A stretch of DNA of 64,000 nt from an uncultured Candidatus Rokubacteria bacterium (lineage in GTDB: Bacteria > Methylomirabilota > Methylomirabilia > Rokubacteriales > CSP1-6). Location of the stretch: contig CAVWFS010000015.1 in assembly GCA_963754315.1 (NCBI GenBank), positions 86,207 through 150,206 on the forward strand, read 5' to 3'. Positions within the stretch are counted from its first letter, which is position 1; every line of letters begins with the position of its first letter. This document shows positions 19,504 to 29,054 of this stretch, one piece after another. Made by a program: the position numbers and the translations under genes. The notes beneath the pieces are model-generated. The model was given only the letters and a program-made list of their open reading frames with translations. It made no database searches and was not told the DNA's origin.

Positions 19504-21022
19504 GGCACCTCGCCCTCCACGCGCAGGCGCGCGCGCCAGTCCATCGAACGCGAGATGAGCGGCCGGAGGGCAAGCAACACCAGCACCGCCCCCACGGCCA
19601 GCAGAACTGCCGAGATGGGACGGGTGATGAAGACGTCATAGCGCCCACCGGACATGGCGAGGCCCTGGCGCAGGCTCAGCTCCATCATCGGCGCCAGCAC
19701 GAGACCCAGCACGATGGGCGCCGTCTCGAAGTCGAGCTTGCGCAGGACGTAGCCGAGAACCCCCATGGCCAGCATGATCCAGACGTCGACCACGCTGCTG
19801 TTGACCGCGTACACCCCGAGGATCGAGCAGACGAGAATGGTCGGGTACAGCACGGGATAGGGAACGCGCAAGAGATTCACGAAGAGTCCGACCAGCGGCA
19901 GGTTCAGGATGAGCAGGACGACGTTGCCCACGTACATCGAGGCGATGAACCCCCAGAAGAGTTGCGGGTCGTTCTTGATGAGCAGCGGGCCCGGGGTCAC
20001 GCCATGCACCATCATGGCCGCCAGCAGCAACGCCGCCACCGGCGCGCCCGGCACGCCGAGGGCCAGCATGGGCACGAAGGCACCCGAGGTCGCCGCGTTG
20101 TTGGCGGCCTCCGGTCCGGCCACGCCCGCCACCGCCCCCTGGCCGAAACGCTCGGGATGCCTGGAGATCCTCCGTTCGACGGCATAGGAGACGAACGTCG
20201 AGATGACGTGGGCAGAGCCGGGGATGATCCCAATCAGGAAACCCAGGAGCGCTCCGCGCCCGGTGGGCAGGCCCGACTCCCGCCACTCCTGAGCCGAGGG
20301 CAGCAACTCGCGGAAGCGCGGCTTGATGACCTGGGGGGGATTCTTCTGACCGGCCGTGATGAGAATCTCCGCCAGTCCAAAGAGCCCGACCGCTACCGGG
20401 ACCACGCCGATCCCATCGCCCAGCTCGGTGATGCCATAGGCGAAGCGAAAGTAGCCGCTCATCTGATCGATACCGATCATGCCAAGGAGGAGACCGAGGG
20501 AGGCCATGGCCAGCCCTCTCAGCATCGAGCCGGAGTTCATGTAGGCGAGCACGAGCAGACCGAGGAGGAGCAGGGAGAAGTACTCGGGAGGTCCGAAGCG
20601 CAGCGCGAACGAGGCCAGCGGCGGTGCCAGGAACATCAGCGCGACCACGCTCAACGTGCCAGCCACGTACGAGCTCACGGCGGCAATGGCCAGGGCAGCG
20701 CCGGCCCGCCCCTTCCGGGCCATCGCGTACCCGTCGATGCACGTCATGACCGAGGCAGCCTCCCCGGGATGCGCATCAGGATCGACGTGGTGGAGCCTCC
20801 GTACATGGCCCCGTAGTAGATGCCGGCCAGCATGACGATGGCGCGCGTCGCATCGAGACCGAAGGTGGCGGGCAGGAGCAGGCTGATGCCAGCCAGCGGC
20901 CCCACCCCAGGCAACACGCCCACCAAGGTGCCGACGAGACAGCCGATGAAACCGTACCAGAGGACGCCGGGGGAGAGCGCGACGGAAAAGCCCAGGTAGA
21001 GGCTCTGGAGCGTCTCGAGCAC
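19500..21022 (-). CDS. tctA: tripartite tricarboxylate transporter large permease TctA, split by a frameshift near 20755
   Basis: The N-terminal part is in track ORF 20744..21232 (...VLETLQSLYLGFSVALSPGVLWYGFIGCLVG...GGSTTSILMRIPG). The C-terminal part is in 19500..20747 (...MTCIDGYAMARKGRAGAALAIAAV...). The expected junction IPGEAASVMTC needs GGGGG where the sequence has GGGG (atcccggggaggctgcc). Confidence 0.75.
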
Positions 21023-21023
21023 G

Positions 21024-21467
21024 TCAGATCCCGAAGGGCCCCCGTGGCAGTGGTACGCGAAGAATGATGTCGAACAGCCAGAACGACCCCCAGGAGACGG
21101 CAACCGTGAGCAGGAGCGAGACGAGTATCCTTTGACGCTCCAGCACCAGCAAGAGGAAGAGAAGCACGGCAGCCATTGTGAGCCGGTAGCCGAGCCGCTC
21201 GAGTCCCCATGCCGCAAAGGCGCAGGCCGCAAAGATGGCGACGGCGTGCCGCCACTCGTCCCAGACGATGGCCGTGAAGCGCCCGCTCTCGGATCTCACG
21301 GCGATCAGGATCACTCCGAAGAGGATCAGCAGAAGAGCGAGCAGGAGAGGCATGTAGGCTGGTCCTGGGCGCTGCAGCGAGCCCAGCGGGAACTGGCGGC
21401 TCTGCCAGACAGCGATCAGGCCAACGACGACCAGCGCGCCACCTGCCACCCGGTCGACGGTCAGCAT
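21024..21467 (-). CDS. tctB: tripartite tricarboxylate transporter small permease TctB
   Basis: 147-aa hydrophobic protein MLTVDRVAGGALVVVGLIAVWQ... with 4 predicted TM helices. It is embedded in track ORF 21024..22049 and sits between tctC and tctA. Confidence 0.7.
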   Translation of the reverse strand: MLTVDRVAGGALVVVGLIAVWQSRQFPLGSLQRPGPAYMPLLLALLLILFGVILIAVRSESGRFTAIVWDEWRHAVAIFAACAFAAWGLERLGYRLTMAAVLLFLLLVLERQRILVSLLLTVAVSWGSFWLFDIILRVPLPRGPFGI

Positions 21468-21478
21468 CACCGAGCCTG

Positions 21479-22456
21479 CTACCGCGCGCTCTCGACCTTG
21501 CCTATTTTCTGGACCACAGCAGCCAGCTTGGCCGCATCCTGAGCCCACCACACGTTGAACTCGTCGGCGTCCATGTAGGAGATGGGGGTATCGAGCTTGG
21601 CGTGCGAGTTCACCACCTCCGGCTCCTTCACCGCCTGGCGCATGCCCTCCCGGAGAATCTTGATCACGTTGGGCGGGGTGTTGCGGGGCGCCACCAGGCC
21701 CGCCCACGCCGAGTACTCGACATCGTAGCCGAGTGACTTCAGGACCGGGACGTCCGGATAGGCGCCGATGGGAGCGCTGCCCGTGTGGGCCAGGAGCCGT
21801 AGTTTCCCGGCCTTCATGTGAGGCGCGACCAGCGAGTTGGTGCTCATCACAACCTGGGCATGGCCGCCCAGGATCGCGTTCATCATTGGACCGCCCCCTG
21901 TCGTGGGCAGGTGGCGCATCGTGAGGCCCGCCGCCAGCAGGAACATCTCCATGGGCACGTGCGAGGCGCCGTAGAGGCCAGAGGAGGTGAAGACGATCTC
22001 GCCCGGCCGCCGCTTCGCGTCTTCCACCAGGTCCTTCAGTGTCTTCCACGGAGCATCGACGGGGACGGTCAGGATCGAGGGTTCCGCGTTGATTCGCGCG
22101 ATACCGGTCAGCTGATCGCGCGTGTACGTCGGCGGACGCCCGAACAGCTTGTCGACCTCCGGCAGTACGGACACACTCACGAGCGCCAGCAACAGGGTGT
22201 ACCCGTCAGGCTTGCTCGTGGCCACGAACTGGTTGCCGACGGCGCCGGCAGCTCCCGGCTTGTTGGCGACCACCACGGGCTGCTTCAGGAGGCGCTCGAG
22301 GGCCAGCGCCACCGGACGAGCCGTGAGATCGGCCAGCCCGCCGGGCGGAAAAGCAACCACGATGGTGATGGGGCGTGTCGGATAGGGCTCCTGCGCTCCC
22401 GCTGGCTGAACCACTGCCGCCAAGAGAGCGGCCGTGGCGCACAGGGTTCGCATCAT
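21479..22456 (-). CDS. tctC: tripartite tricarboxylate transporter substrate-binding protein TctC (Bug family)
   Basis: Signal peptide MMRTLCATAALLAAVVQPAGAQ; ...ITIVVAFPPGGLADLTARPVA... is typical of Bug/TctC. RBS ggaaggag lies upstream. Confidence 0.85.
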   Translation of the reverse strand: MMRTLCATAALLAAVVQPAGAQEPYPTRPITIVVAFPPGGLADLTARPVALALERLLKQPVVVANKPGAAGAVGNQFVATSKPDGYTLLLALVSVSVLPEVDKLFGRPPTYTRDQLTGIARINAEPSILTVPVDAPWKTLKDLVEDAKRRPGEIVFTSSGLYGASHVPMEMFLLAAGLTMRHLPTTGGGPMMNAILGGHAQVVMSTNSLVAPHMKAGKLRLLAHTGSAPIGAYPDVPVLKSLGYDVEYSAWAGLVAPRNTPPNVIKILREGMRQAVKEPEVVNSHAKLDTPISYMDADEFNVWWAQDAAKLAAVVQKIGKVESAR

Positions 22457-22606
22457 CGTCGGTCTCCTTCCCTACTCCCGACGTCTCTGACGTCAGGCGC
22501 CGCCTTCATGGGTCGCGCGAGACTAGCAGCGGGGCGCGCAGAGCGTCAAGGCCGACAGCATACGCCTGTTCCGTTGACGAGCCTGGCGCGCGGTGGACCG
22601 CTCTGC

Positions 22607-23356
22607 CTAGACCAGGCGTGCGCGCAGACGGGAGCTGATGCCGTCGACGACGACCACCATCATCACGGTGACCAGCAGCACGGTGGCCGCCGCCGCGTAG
22701 TCGATCATCCTGAGATACGTCTGCAGGTAGAAGCCAATCCCACCGGCGCCGACGAAGCCGAGGACCGTCGCCGCCCGGATGTTCGTCTCGAATCGATAGA
22801 GCACATACGACATGAACAGGGGTAGCACCTGGGGCAACACGCCAAAGCGCAAGAGCTGCAGCCGCGTGGCACCGGTGGCGGTGATCGCGTCCACGGGCCC
22901 TGGATCGATGCCCTCGATGGCCTCGGAGTAGAGCTTGGCGAGCGAGGTGGTGGTATAGGCCACCACGGCGAGAACTCCGGGAAAGGGACCAAGACCGACC
23001 GCCGCCACGAAGAGCAACGCATAGACCAGCGTGTCGACGCTGCGTAGCACGTTGAGAACGGCGCGCATCCCGTGAAAGAGTGGCGGCGGAGCCACGTTGC
23101 GCGCGGCGAGGAACCCCAGGGGGAGCGCGAGGACGGCCGCGACGGCAGTGCCCAAGAGGGCGATCTCGACCGTCGTGAGGGCGCCGGCAAGGGCAGCGGG
23201 CAGCACACTCAAATCCGGAGGGAGCATGCGCCGGAGGAAATCGAGCATCCAGGGGATTCCCCGCGCGAGCCGCGCGGGATCGGCGCCAGTATCCCAGGCC
23301 GTCCAGATCAGCACGGCCGCTCCCACGACGAGGGTGACGGCTTGCCCGCGCCTCAC
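22607..23356 (-). CDS. phnE: phosphonate ABC transporter permease PhnE
   Basis: 249-aa permease with the EAA-like region. Its start overlaps the phnC stop (ATGA). Confidence 0.8.
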   Translation of the reverse strand: MRRGQAVTLVVGAAVLIWTAWDTGADPARLARGIPWMLDFLRRMLPPDLSVLPAALAGALTTVEIALLGTAVAAVLALPLGFLAARNVAPPPLFHGMRAVLNVLRSVDTLVYALLFVAAVGLGPFPGVLAVVAYTTTSLAKLYSEAIEGIDPGPVDAITATGATRLQLLRFGVLPQVLPLFMSYVLYRFETNIRAATVLGFVGAGGIGFYLQTYLRMIDYAAAATVLLVTVMMVVVVDGISSRLRARLV

Positions 23357-24099
23357 GAGGAACGCTCGTCGCCGTAGATCGCCTGCGCGACCTCGGGAGT
23401 CACGGCCGCAGGCGGCCCGTCGAACCCGACACGTCCGGCGCGGAAACCCACGATGCGGCTCGCGTACGCGCGCGCGGTCTCGAGCTGGTGCTGACTCACG
23501 ACCAGGGTGAGACCTCGTTCGACGTTGATGCGGCGCAGGATGTCCATGATCGTCGCGGTGAGCTGGGGATCGAGGCTCGCCGTCGGCTCGTCGGCCAGGA
23601 TCACGCCAGGGCGCTGGGCGAGCGCACGGGCAATGGCCACCCGTTGCTGCTCGCCGCCGGACAGGGTGTCAGCGCGACGCCCGGCGAGCTCCGCCAGCCC
23701 GACCTGCGCCAGGCACTCCTCGGCCAGATCCCGATCCCGTCGCGGAAAGCGGCCGACCAGGCTCGACCACGTGGGAAGATAGCCGAGGCGACCAGCCAGC
23801 ACGTTGTCCAGTACCGACGCCCGGCGAACCAGATTGAACTGCTGAAAGATCATGCCGATGTGCCGGCGCACTTCGCGCAAGGCCGCGGCGTCGGCTCCGG
23901 TGACCGGCCGCCCGGCAACACGGATCGTGCCCGAGGTCGGCTCCACCAGCCGGTTGATGGACCGCAGAAAGGTCGTCTTGCCGGCCCCGCTGCGCCCGAT
24001 GATCATCACGAACTCGCCCGGTCTGACCCTGAGATCGACGTCGGCGAGGGCAACCGTGCTGGGTGGGCGTACCACCGTGAGCCCCTCCACCTCGATCAT
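23353..24099 (-). CDS. phnC: phosphonate ABC transporter ATP-binding protein PhnC
   Basis: [10 protein letters not shown]...GRSGAGKTT (Walker A), [15 protein letters not shown] (signature), VILADEP (Walker B). The track ORF start at 24456 is an extension. Confidence 0.85.
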   Translation of the reverse strand: MIEVEGLTVVRPPSTVALADVDLRVRPGEFVMIIGRSGAGKTTFLRSINRLVEPTSGTIRVAGRPVTGADAAALREVRRHIGMIFQQFNLVRRASVLDNVLAGRLGYLPTWSSLVGRFPRRDRDLAEECLAQVGLAELAGRRADTLSGGEQQRVAIARALAQRPGVILADEPTASLDPQLTATIMDILRRINVERGLTLVVSQHQLETARAYASRIVGFRAGRVGFDGPPAAVTPEVAQAIYGDERSS

Positions 24100-24163
24100 C
24101 ACGGCTGACGGCTGCCGGCCCCGCCGCGCCCTCGGCGTAGCGGTTCTCCGAGGTGGCGCGGTC

Positions 24164-25048
24164 TCAGCGGGGTCGCACGCCGAGCAGGTCGACGGCGGCA
24201 CGGACAGGGCCGTAGTCACCGTCGTCTGCTGGCTCGAAACCGTCGATATCGTAGAGTCGCTTGAGCAGCGGCGCGTACTCCGGTCCGTGCATCCGCAGGA
24301 GGGCGGACCGCACCTTGGCCACCACCGTCGGGTCGAGACCCGCGCGAGCGCAAATCCCGCTCTCCGGGATGGGTGGGCTCTCGGCGATCCACACGATGCG
24401 CTCGCGTTCGACGGGATCCTTGATGTATTGCTCGCGGGCCAGATCGAACGAGGCAAGCGAGTCCACGTGACCGTTCAGGAGCGCCCGCATGCCAGCATCG
24501 TGCGAACCCGCGAAGACAACCTCGCGAAAGAACGTCTTGGGATCGCGATTCTGGACCAGTCCGCGCTGCATGAGGAGCACCATCGGATAGATGTACCCCG
24601 ATGAGCTGGCCGGATCGATGAACGCGATCGTCCGCCCTCGCAGCGCCTCCAGGGTGGCGAGCCCGGAGTCCTTCCGTACGTAGATCCGCGAGGTGAAGGT
24701 CGTCTTGCCGTGCCAGCGGTTTCTGACCACGATCATGGCCTTCGCCTCGCGATTGGCCAGGACGTAGCCGACCGGATGTGCGAAGGCCAGGTCGGCTGTC
24801 CCGTTTCTGAGCGCCTCCACCACGGCCGCGTAGTCGGCGGCCACCGTCACCCGCACCGGCATGTCCACCAGTTTGCCGAGCTTCTCCGCGAACTCCTGGC
24901 CCGTGGCCAGCAAGTCGGTGGGCTTTTGCGAGGGCGTGAGGACAAGATGAAGCGGCTTCTGGGCTTCCAGACGCGGTGTCCCGGCGAGCAGGACGAGGAC
25001 CGCCGCCGACAACCACACGGACACACGTTTCGCCATGACGAGGATCAT
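24164..25048 (-). CDS. phnD: phosphonate ABC transporter substrate-binding protein PhnD
   Basis: MILVMAKRVSVWLSAAVLVLLAGTPRLEAQ is the signal peptide, followed by a PhnD-like periplasmic binding fold. The ATG at 25046-25048 overlaps the methyltransferase stop (ATGA). Confidence 0.8.
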   Translation of the reverse strand: MILVMAKRVSVWLSAAVLVLLAGTPRLEAQKPLHLVLTPSQKPTDLLATGQEFAEKLGKLVDMPVRVTVAADYAAVVEALRNGTADLAFAHPVGYVLANREAKAMIVVRNRWHGKTTFTSRIYVRKDSGLATLEALRGRTIAFIDPASSSGYIYPMVLLMQRGLVQNRDPKTFFREVVFAGSHDAGMRALLNGHVDSLASFDLAREQYIKDPVERERIVWIAESPPIPESGICARAGLDPTVVAKVRSALLRMHGPEYAPLLKRLYDIDGFEPADDGDYGPVRAAVDLLGVRPR

Positions 25049-25891
25049 GCTACCGCATTCGGCTGACTGTGTCGGCGACCGACCGTCATGATGTGCGCCC
25101 CCACGCCGAGCATGGACGGCTCGCGCTCGACGGCACGCGCGGCCATCAGCAGGTGCTGGCGCCATCCGGGATCTGCCCAGCGCTGCGCGACATCGGCCAG
25201 GACCCATCCCGGCCCCTCGATGCCGACCGTCTCGACGATCTCGAAGCCGCCTTCGGCGACCTCGCGCTCCAGCTCCTCCGGGCGATGGAAGAACGATGTG
25301 GTGAAGTAGTCGCGCGGGGTCGGGTTGCGATGCTGGCCGCTCCGGAGATCCTCTTCCACGATGCGGGCGGCAGTCGGATCCTCGAGGAGGCCCTCGAAGA
25401 GCCCGTCGAGGAGGGAAGCAAACCGGGAAACCCCGACCGCGAAGAGAAGCCCGCCCGGCCTCAGCACGCGCCAGGCCTCGCGGAGGGCGCGTATGCGGTC
25501 CGTCCGCTCCGTCAGGTGATAGAGCGGTCCCATCAGGAGCACGGCGTCGGCGCTTGTGTCAGGTGACATCGAGGTGCCGGGCGTCGCCGAGCCTGACGCT
25601 GGCCAGGGGATGGTCGGGCTGGTTGGCGGATGCCCGGCGCGCCTGCTCGACGTGGAGCGGCGAGGCGTCGAGGAGGTGCACGGTGTGGCCCCGCGCTGCC
25701 AGCCAGCATGCATAGGCGCCGGGCCCACCGCCCACGTCCAGAATATCCTGAGGTAAAGCGGGCAAGTGGCGGAGCAACAACTCGCGCGTGCGCTCGGCTT
25801 CCAGCGGGCCGTGGCCGAGCGACAGGCGCTGCTCCTCCCGCCCCTGCCCGTAGTAGGCGAGGATCTCCGGCGGGACGCGGGGAACACTCAT
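25045..25891 (-). CDS. class I SAM-dependent methyltransferase, split by a single-base frameshift near 25565
   Basis: The N-terminal part is in ORF 25559..25891 (...DVGGGPGAYACWLAARGHTVHLLDASPLHVEQAR...RLGDARHLDVT*). The C-terminal part is in 25045..25887 (...PDTSADAVLLMGPLYHLTE...). Restoring one C in accctgac gives the continuous DVTPDTSADAV. The start overlaps the upstream kinase stop. Confidence 0.65.
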
Positions 25892-27363
25892 GAATCCGAG
25901 GGCCAGCGCTCGACGTCGGCTTCGGCCGCCGGCGGCTCGTAGTGGCGGAGCTGAAGATCCAGCACGTCCTCGCGCGCATCGGAGAGATCGCGCCCTGCCG
26001 CCTGGCGCTCACGTAAGCGCTCGCGCAGCACCGTCTCCGGCGCCTGGCACCACACGATTCGAAACGACGCAGCCCTGTCGCGCGCCAGCGCCCGGGCCGC
26101 CTCCCGCTCGGTCCGCCGGCCGAAGACCCCGTCGAGCACCACGCTCCAGCCCGCCTCCAGCAGCTCGGCTGCGATATGCAGACACGTGGCGTAGGTCCGC
26201 TCGGTCATGGCGGCCGTGTACAGGCCTTCACCGACTGCCCCTGTGTGGTGCTGATGCCACGGGACTCCCGCGAGCTGCTTGCGAACGGCGTCGGTTCGTA
26301 CCACGATGGCGGAGGCGCCGTGGGCGATGCTGCGCGCTGCCGTCGATTTGCCGCTGGCGCTGAGCCCCGTCATCACGGTGAGCGTGGGAGCCCGGCGCCG
26401 GTCGGCATAGGAAGCCGCGAGGTCGAAATAGCTCCGCGCCCGTGATACCAGCGCCGCATGGTCTGCCCGATCAGGATCGACCGCTTGCAGACCGTACACC
26501 TTGCCCCGGATCCACGCGCGATACGCGCGGTAGAAGCCGAGCAGTGGGACGGCGCCGAAATCCCCGCTCGAATCCAGGTACGCGTTGATGAAGTCGAGGG
26601 CCAGGTCCGGGCGCCCGCTGGCGTCGAGATCCATGGCCAGGAAGGCGATCTCACTCGCCGTGTCGCCGTAGCGAAACCGGTGATTGAACTCGATGCAGTC
26701 GAATACCTGAACGGGGTCCGTGCAGCACACGTGCTGTGCCTGGAGGTCGCCGTGGCAGTCGCGCACACGGTCAGCTCGCCGGCGCTCGGCGAACCGCCGG
26801 CGCTGATCGCGCAGGGTGTCCCGCAAGAAGGTCCCCACGGTCGTGCGCGTGGCCGGGGTCAGTACCTCCGGCGGAAAATGCCCGGTCTGGGTGAGGCTCT
26901 CCTCCATGTTCCGCCGGATCACCTCCGGCCGACCAAAGCGGGCGATGGTCGGCCCGGAGGCCGCTGTCGCATGAAAGTCAGCGATCGTCCGACCGATATC
27001 CTCCAGCAGACGATGATCGGCGCCGGCTGTCTTCACGAGCTGGTCGAGCATGCGATCCGCCGGCAGGCGTCGCATCCACACCGCGACCTCCAGTGTCCGA
27101 CCGGAGCCGCCCAGCCGATACGCCCCTCGTCCGCCGGTCACCGCGACGACGTCCAGATACGCCTTGGGCGCGAGCCGCTGGTTCAGGCGGACTTCCTCCC
27201 GACAAAAGTGTCGGCGCCGCGCCAGGGTCCGAAAATCGAGAAAGCCGAGGTTGACGGGCTTCTTGACCTTGTAGACATACTCACCAGCCAGGAAAACCCA
27301 TGAGATGTGGGTTTCGATCAACTCCACGGAGGAGGGCCGGTGGGGATAGAACGTCGGATCCAT
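25888..27363 (-). CDS. bifunctional phosphotransferase-family (APH-like) kinase / P-loop kinase (gluconate-kinase-like AAA) protein
   Basis: MDPTFYPHRPSSVELIETHISWVFLAGEYVYKVKKPV (APH-like N-domain) ... CHGDLQAQHVC (Brenner-type motif) ... C-terminal TVMTGLSASGKST Walker A. The track ORF start at 27501 is an extension. Confidence 0.7.
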   Translation of the reverse strand: MDPTFYPHRPSSVELIETHISWVFLAGEYVYKVKKPVNLGFLDFRTLARRRHFCREEVRLNQRLAPKAYLDVVAVTGGRGAYRLGGSGRTLEVAVWMRRLPADRMLDQLVKTAGADHRLLEDIGRTIADFHATAASGPTIARFGRPEVIRRNMEESLTQTGHFPPEVLTPATRTTVGTFLRDTLRDQRRRFAERRRADRVRDCHGDLQAQHVCCTDPVQVFDCIEFNHRFRYGDTASEIAFLAMDLDASGRPDLALDFINAYLDSSGDFGAVPLLGFYRAYRAWIRGKVYGLQAVDPDRADHAALVSRARSYFDLAASYADRRRAPTLTVMTGLSASGKSTAARSIAHGASAIVVRTDAVRKQLAGVPWHQHHTGAVGEGLYTAAMTERTYATCLHIAAELLEAGWSVVLDGVFGRRTEREAARALARDRAASFRIVWCQAPETVLRERLRERQAAGRDLSDAREDVLDLQLRHYEPPAAEADVERWPSDS

Positions 27364-27499
27364 GAAGGGGCGAACGCGGGCGGGCAGCGCGGGGTCCTTC
27401 CCCGGCGACCCCTGCCCCGCTGTCGCCCCGATCCCTGGTGTCACGCGTGGTATCGTAGCGCGGCGCGGCCGTTCGCAGCGCATCGCAAGGAGATCGAAC

Positions 27500-29044
27500 A
27501 TGATCGTACCGCTAACCCTCGTCGACTTCCTCGAGCGTGCTGAGCTGGCCTATGGAGATCGCGAGGCCATCGTGGACGAGCCGAATCCCCCCGGGGGAGG
27601 TTTAGGCAGGATCACATACGCCGACTTTGGCCGCATGGCCCGCAGCCTGGCCACCGCGCTCGACGATCTGCGGGTCGAGCCCGGCGCGCGCGTGGCCATC
27701 GTCTCGCCAAACGCAACCCGCTTCCTGGTGAGTCTCTTCGGCGTGAGCGGATATGGACGCATCCTCGTCCCCATCAACTATCGTCTGCGGACAGACGAGA
27801 TCGCCTACATCCTCGAGCACTCCAGGGCTTCGGTGTTGCTCGTCGACCACGAGCTGGAAGAGTCGCTCCGGCCACTGAAGGTGGAGCACCGCTTCCTGCT
27901 CGGCGCGGCCACGGACCCCATCCTGTTCGGCCGCCCGGACGCTCAGCCACGCCATTCGGTCACCGACGAGAACGCCACCCTCTCGATCAACTACACCTCG
28001 GGAACCACGGCGCGGCCCAAGGGGGTGCAGCTTACCCACCGTAGCTGCTGGCTCAACGCCGTGGTATTCGGTTGGCACGTGGGTGTCACCGACCGCGACG
28101 TCTACCTGCACACCTTGCCCACCTTCCACTGCAATGGCTGGGGCATGCCCTACGCGCTCACCGCCATGGGCGCTCGTCAGGTGATCATCCGAAAGATCGA
28201 CGGCGAGGAGATCCTGCGTCGGGTGGAGTCGGAGGGGGTGACGCTCTTCAATTGCGCGCCTGCCGTCATCGCCGCCGTCCTCGATGCTGCCGCCGCTCGG
28301 CGCCAGCAGGGGCAGGGCACACCAGGGCGGGGGCGGGTTCGCATCGTGGTGGCGGGCGCTCCTCCGCCCTCGAAGACCATCGAGCGGGTCGACACCGAGC
28401 TCGGCTGGGAGTTCATCCAGATCTACGGACTCACGGAAACGTCGCCGCTGCTCACCATCAACCGGGCACCACGGGAGTGGGACGGTCTACCCCCCGATGA
28501 GCGGGCGCGGCGCCTGGCCCGGGCCGGTGTGCCTGGTATCGGGGTCCGCATGACCGTGGATGGCGAGGGCGAAATCTTGGCTCGCTCCAATCATGTGTTC
28601 GAAGGTTACTGGGACCAGCCCGAGGAGACGGCCAAGGCTCTGGAGGGGGATTGGTTTCACACGGGCGATGGGGGTCAGCTCGAAGGCCCGTATATCGTGA
28701 TTTCCGATCGCAAGAAGGATGTGATCATCACGGGCGGAGAGAATGTTTCCTCGATCGAGGTCGAGGACTGCCTCTACCAGCATCCGGCGGTAGCGGAGGC
28801 GGCCGTCATTGGCGTTCCCGACGAAAAGTGGGGTGAGACCATCAAGGCCCTGGTGACGTTGCGCCCGGATGGGCGCGTCACTGCTGAGGAGCTCGTGGCC
28901 TTCTGCCGCTCTCGCCTCGCCCATTTCAAGTGCCCCACCTCGGTCGAGTTCCGCGACGGCTTGCCGCGGACGGCCACTGGTAAGCTCCAGAAGTTCAAGC
29001 TTCGCGAGCCCTTCTGGCAAGACCGGACGCGGCGGGTTAATTGA
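27500..29044 (+). CDS. acyl-CoA synthetase (AMP-forming; medium/long-chain FadD-like)
   Basis: aaggag RBS then ATG 27500. MIVPLTLVDFLERAELAYGDREAI..., INYTSGTTARPKGVQLTH, YGLTETSP, ITGGENVSSIEVE. Confidence 0.85.
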   Translation: MIVPLTLVDFLERAELAYGDREAIVDEPNPPGGGLGRITYADFGRMARSLATALDDLRVEPGARVAIVSPNATRFLVSLFGVSGYGRILVPINYRLRTDEIAYILEHSRASVLLVDHELEESLRPLKVEHRFLLGAATDPILFGRPDAQPRHSVTDENATLSINYTSGTTARPKGVQLTHRSCWLNAVVFGWHVGVTDRDVYLHTLPTFHCNGWGMPYALTAMGARQVIIRKIDGEEILRRVESEGVTLFNCAPAVIAAVLDAAAARRQQGQGTPGRGRVRIVVAGAPPPSKTIERVDTELGWEFIQIYGLTETSPLLTINRAPREWDGLPPDERARRLARAGVPGIGVRMTVDGEGEILARSNHVFEGYWDQPEETAKALEGDWFHTGDGGQLEGPYIVISDRKKDVIITGGENVSSIEVEDCLYQHPAVAEAAVIGVPDEKWGETIKALVTLRPDGRVTAEELVAFCRSRLAHFKCPTSVEFRDGLPRTATGKLQKFKLREPFWQDRTRRVN

Positions 29045-29054
29045 TTAAATTGAA

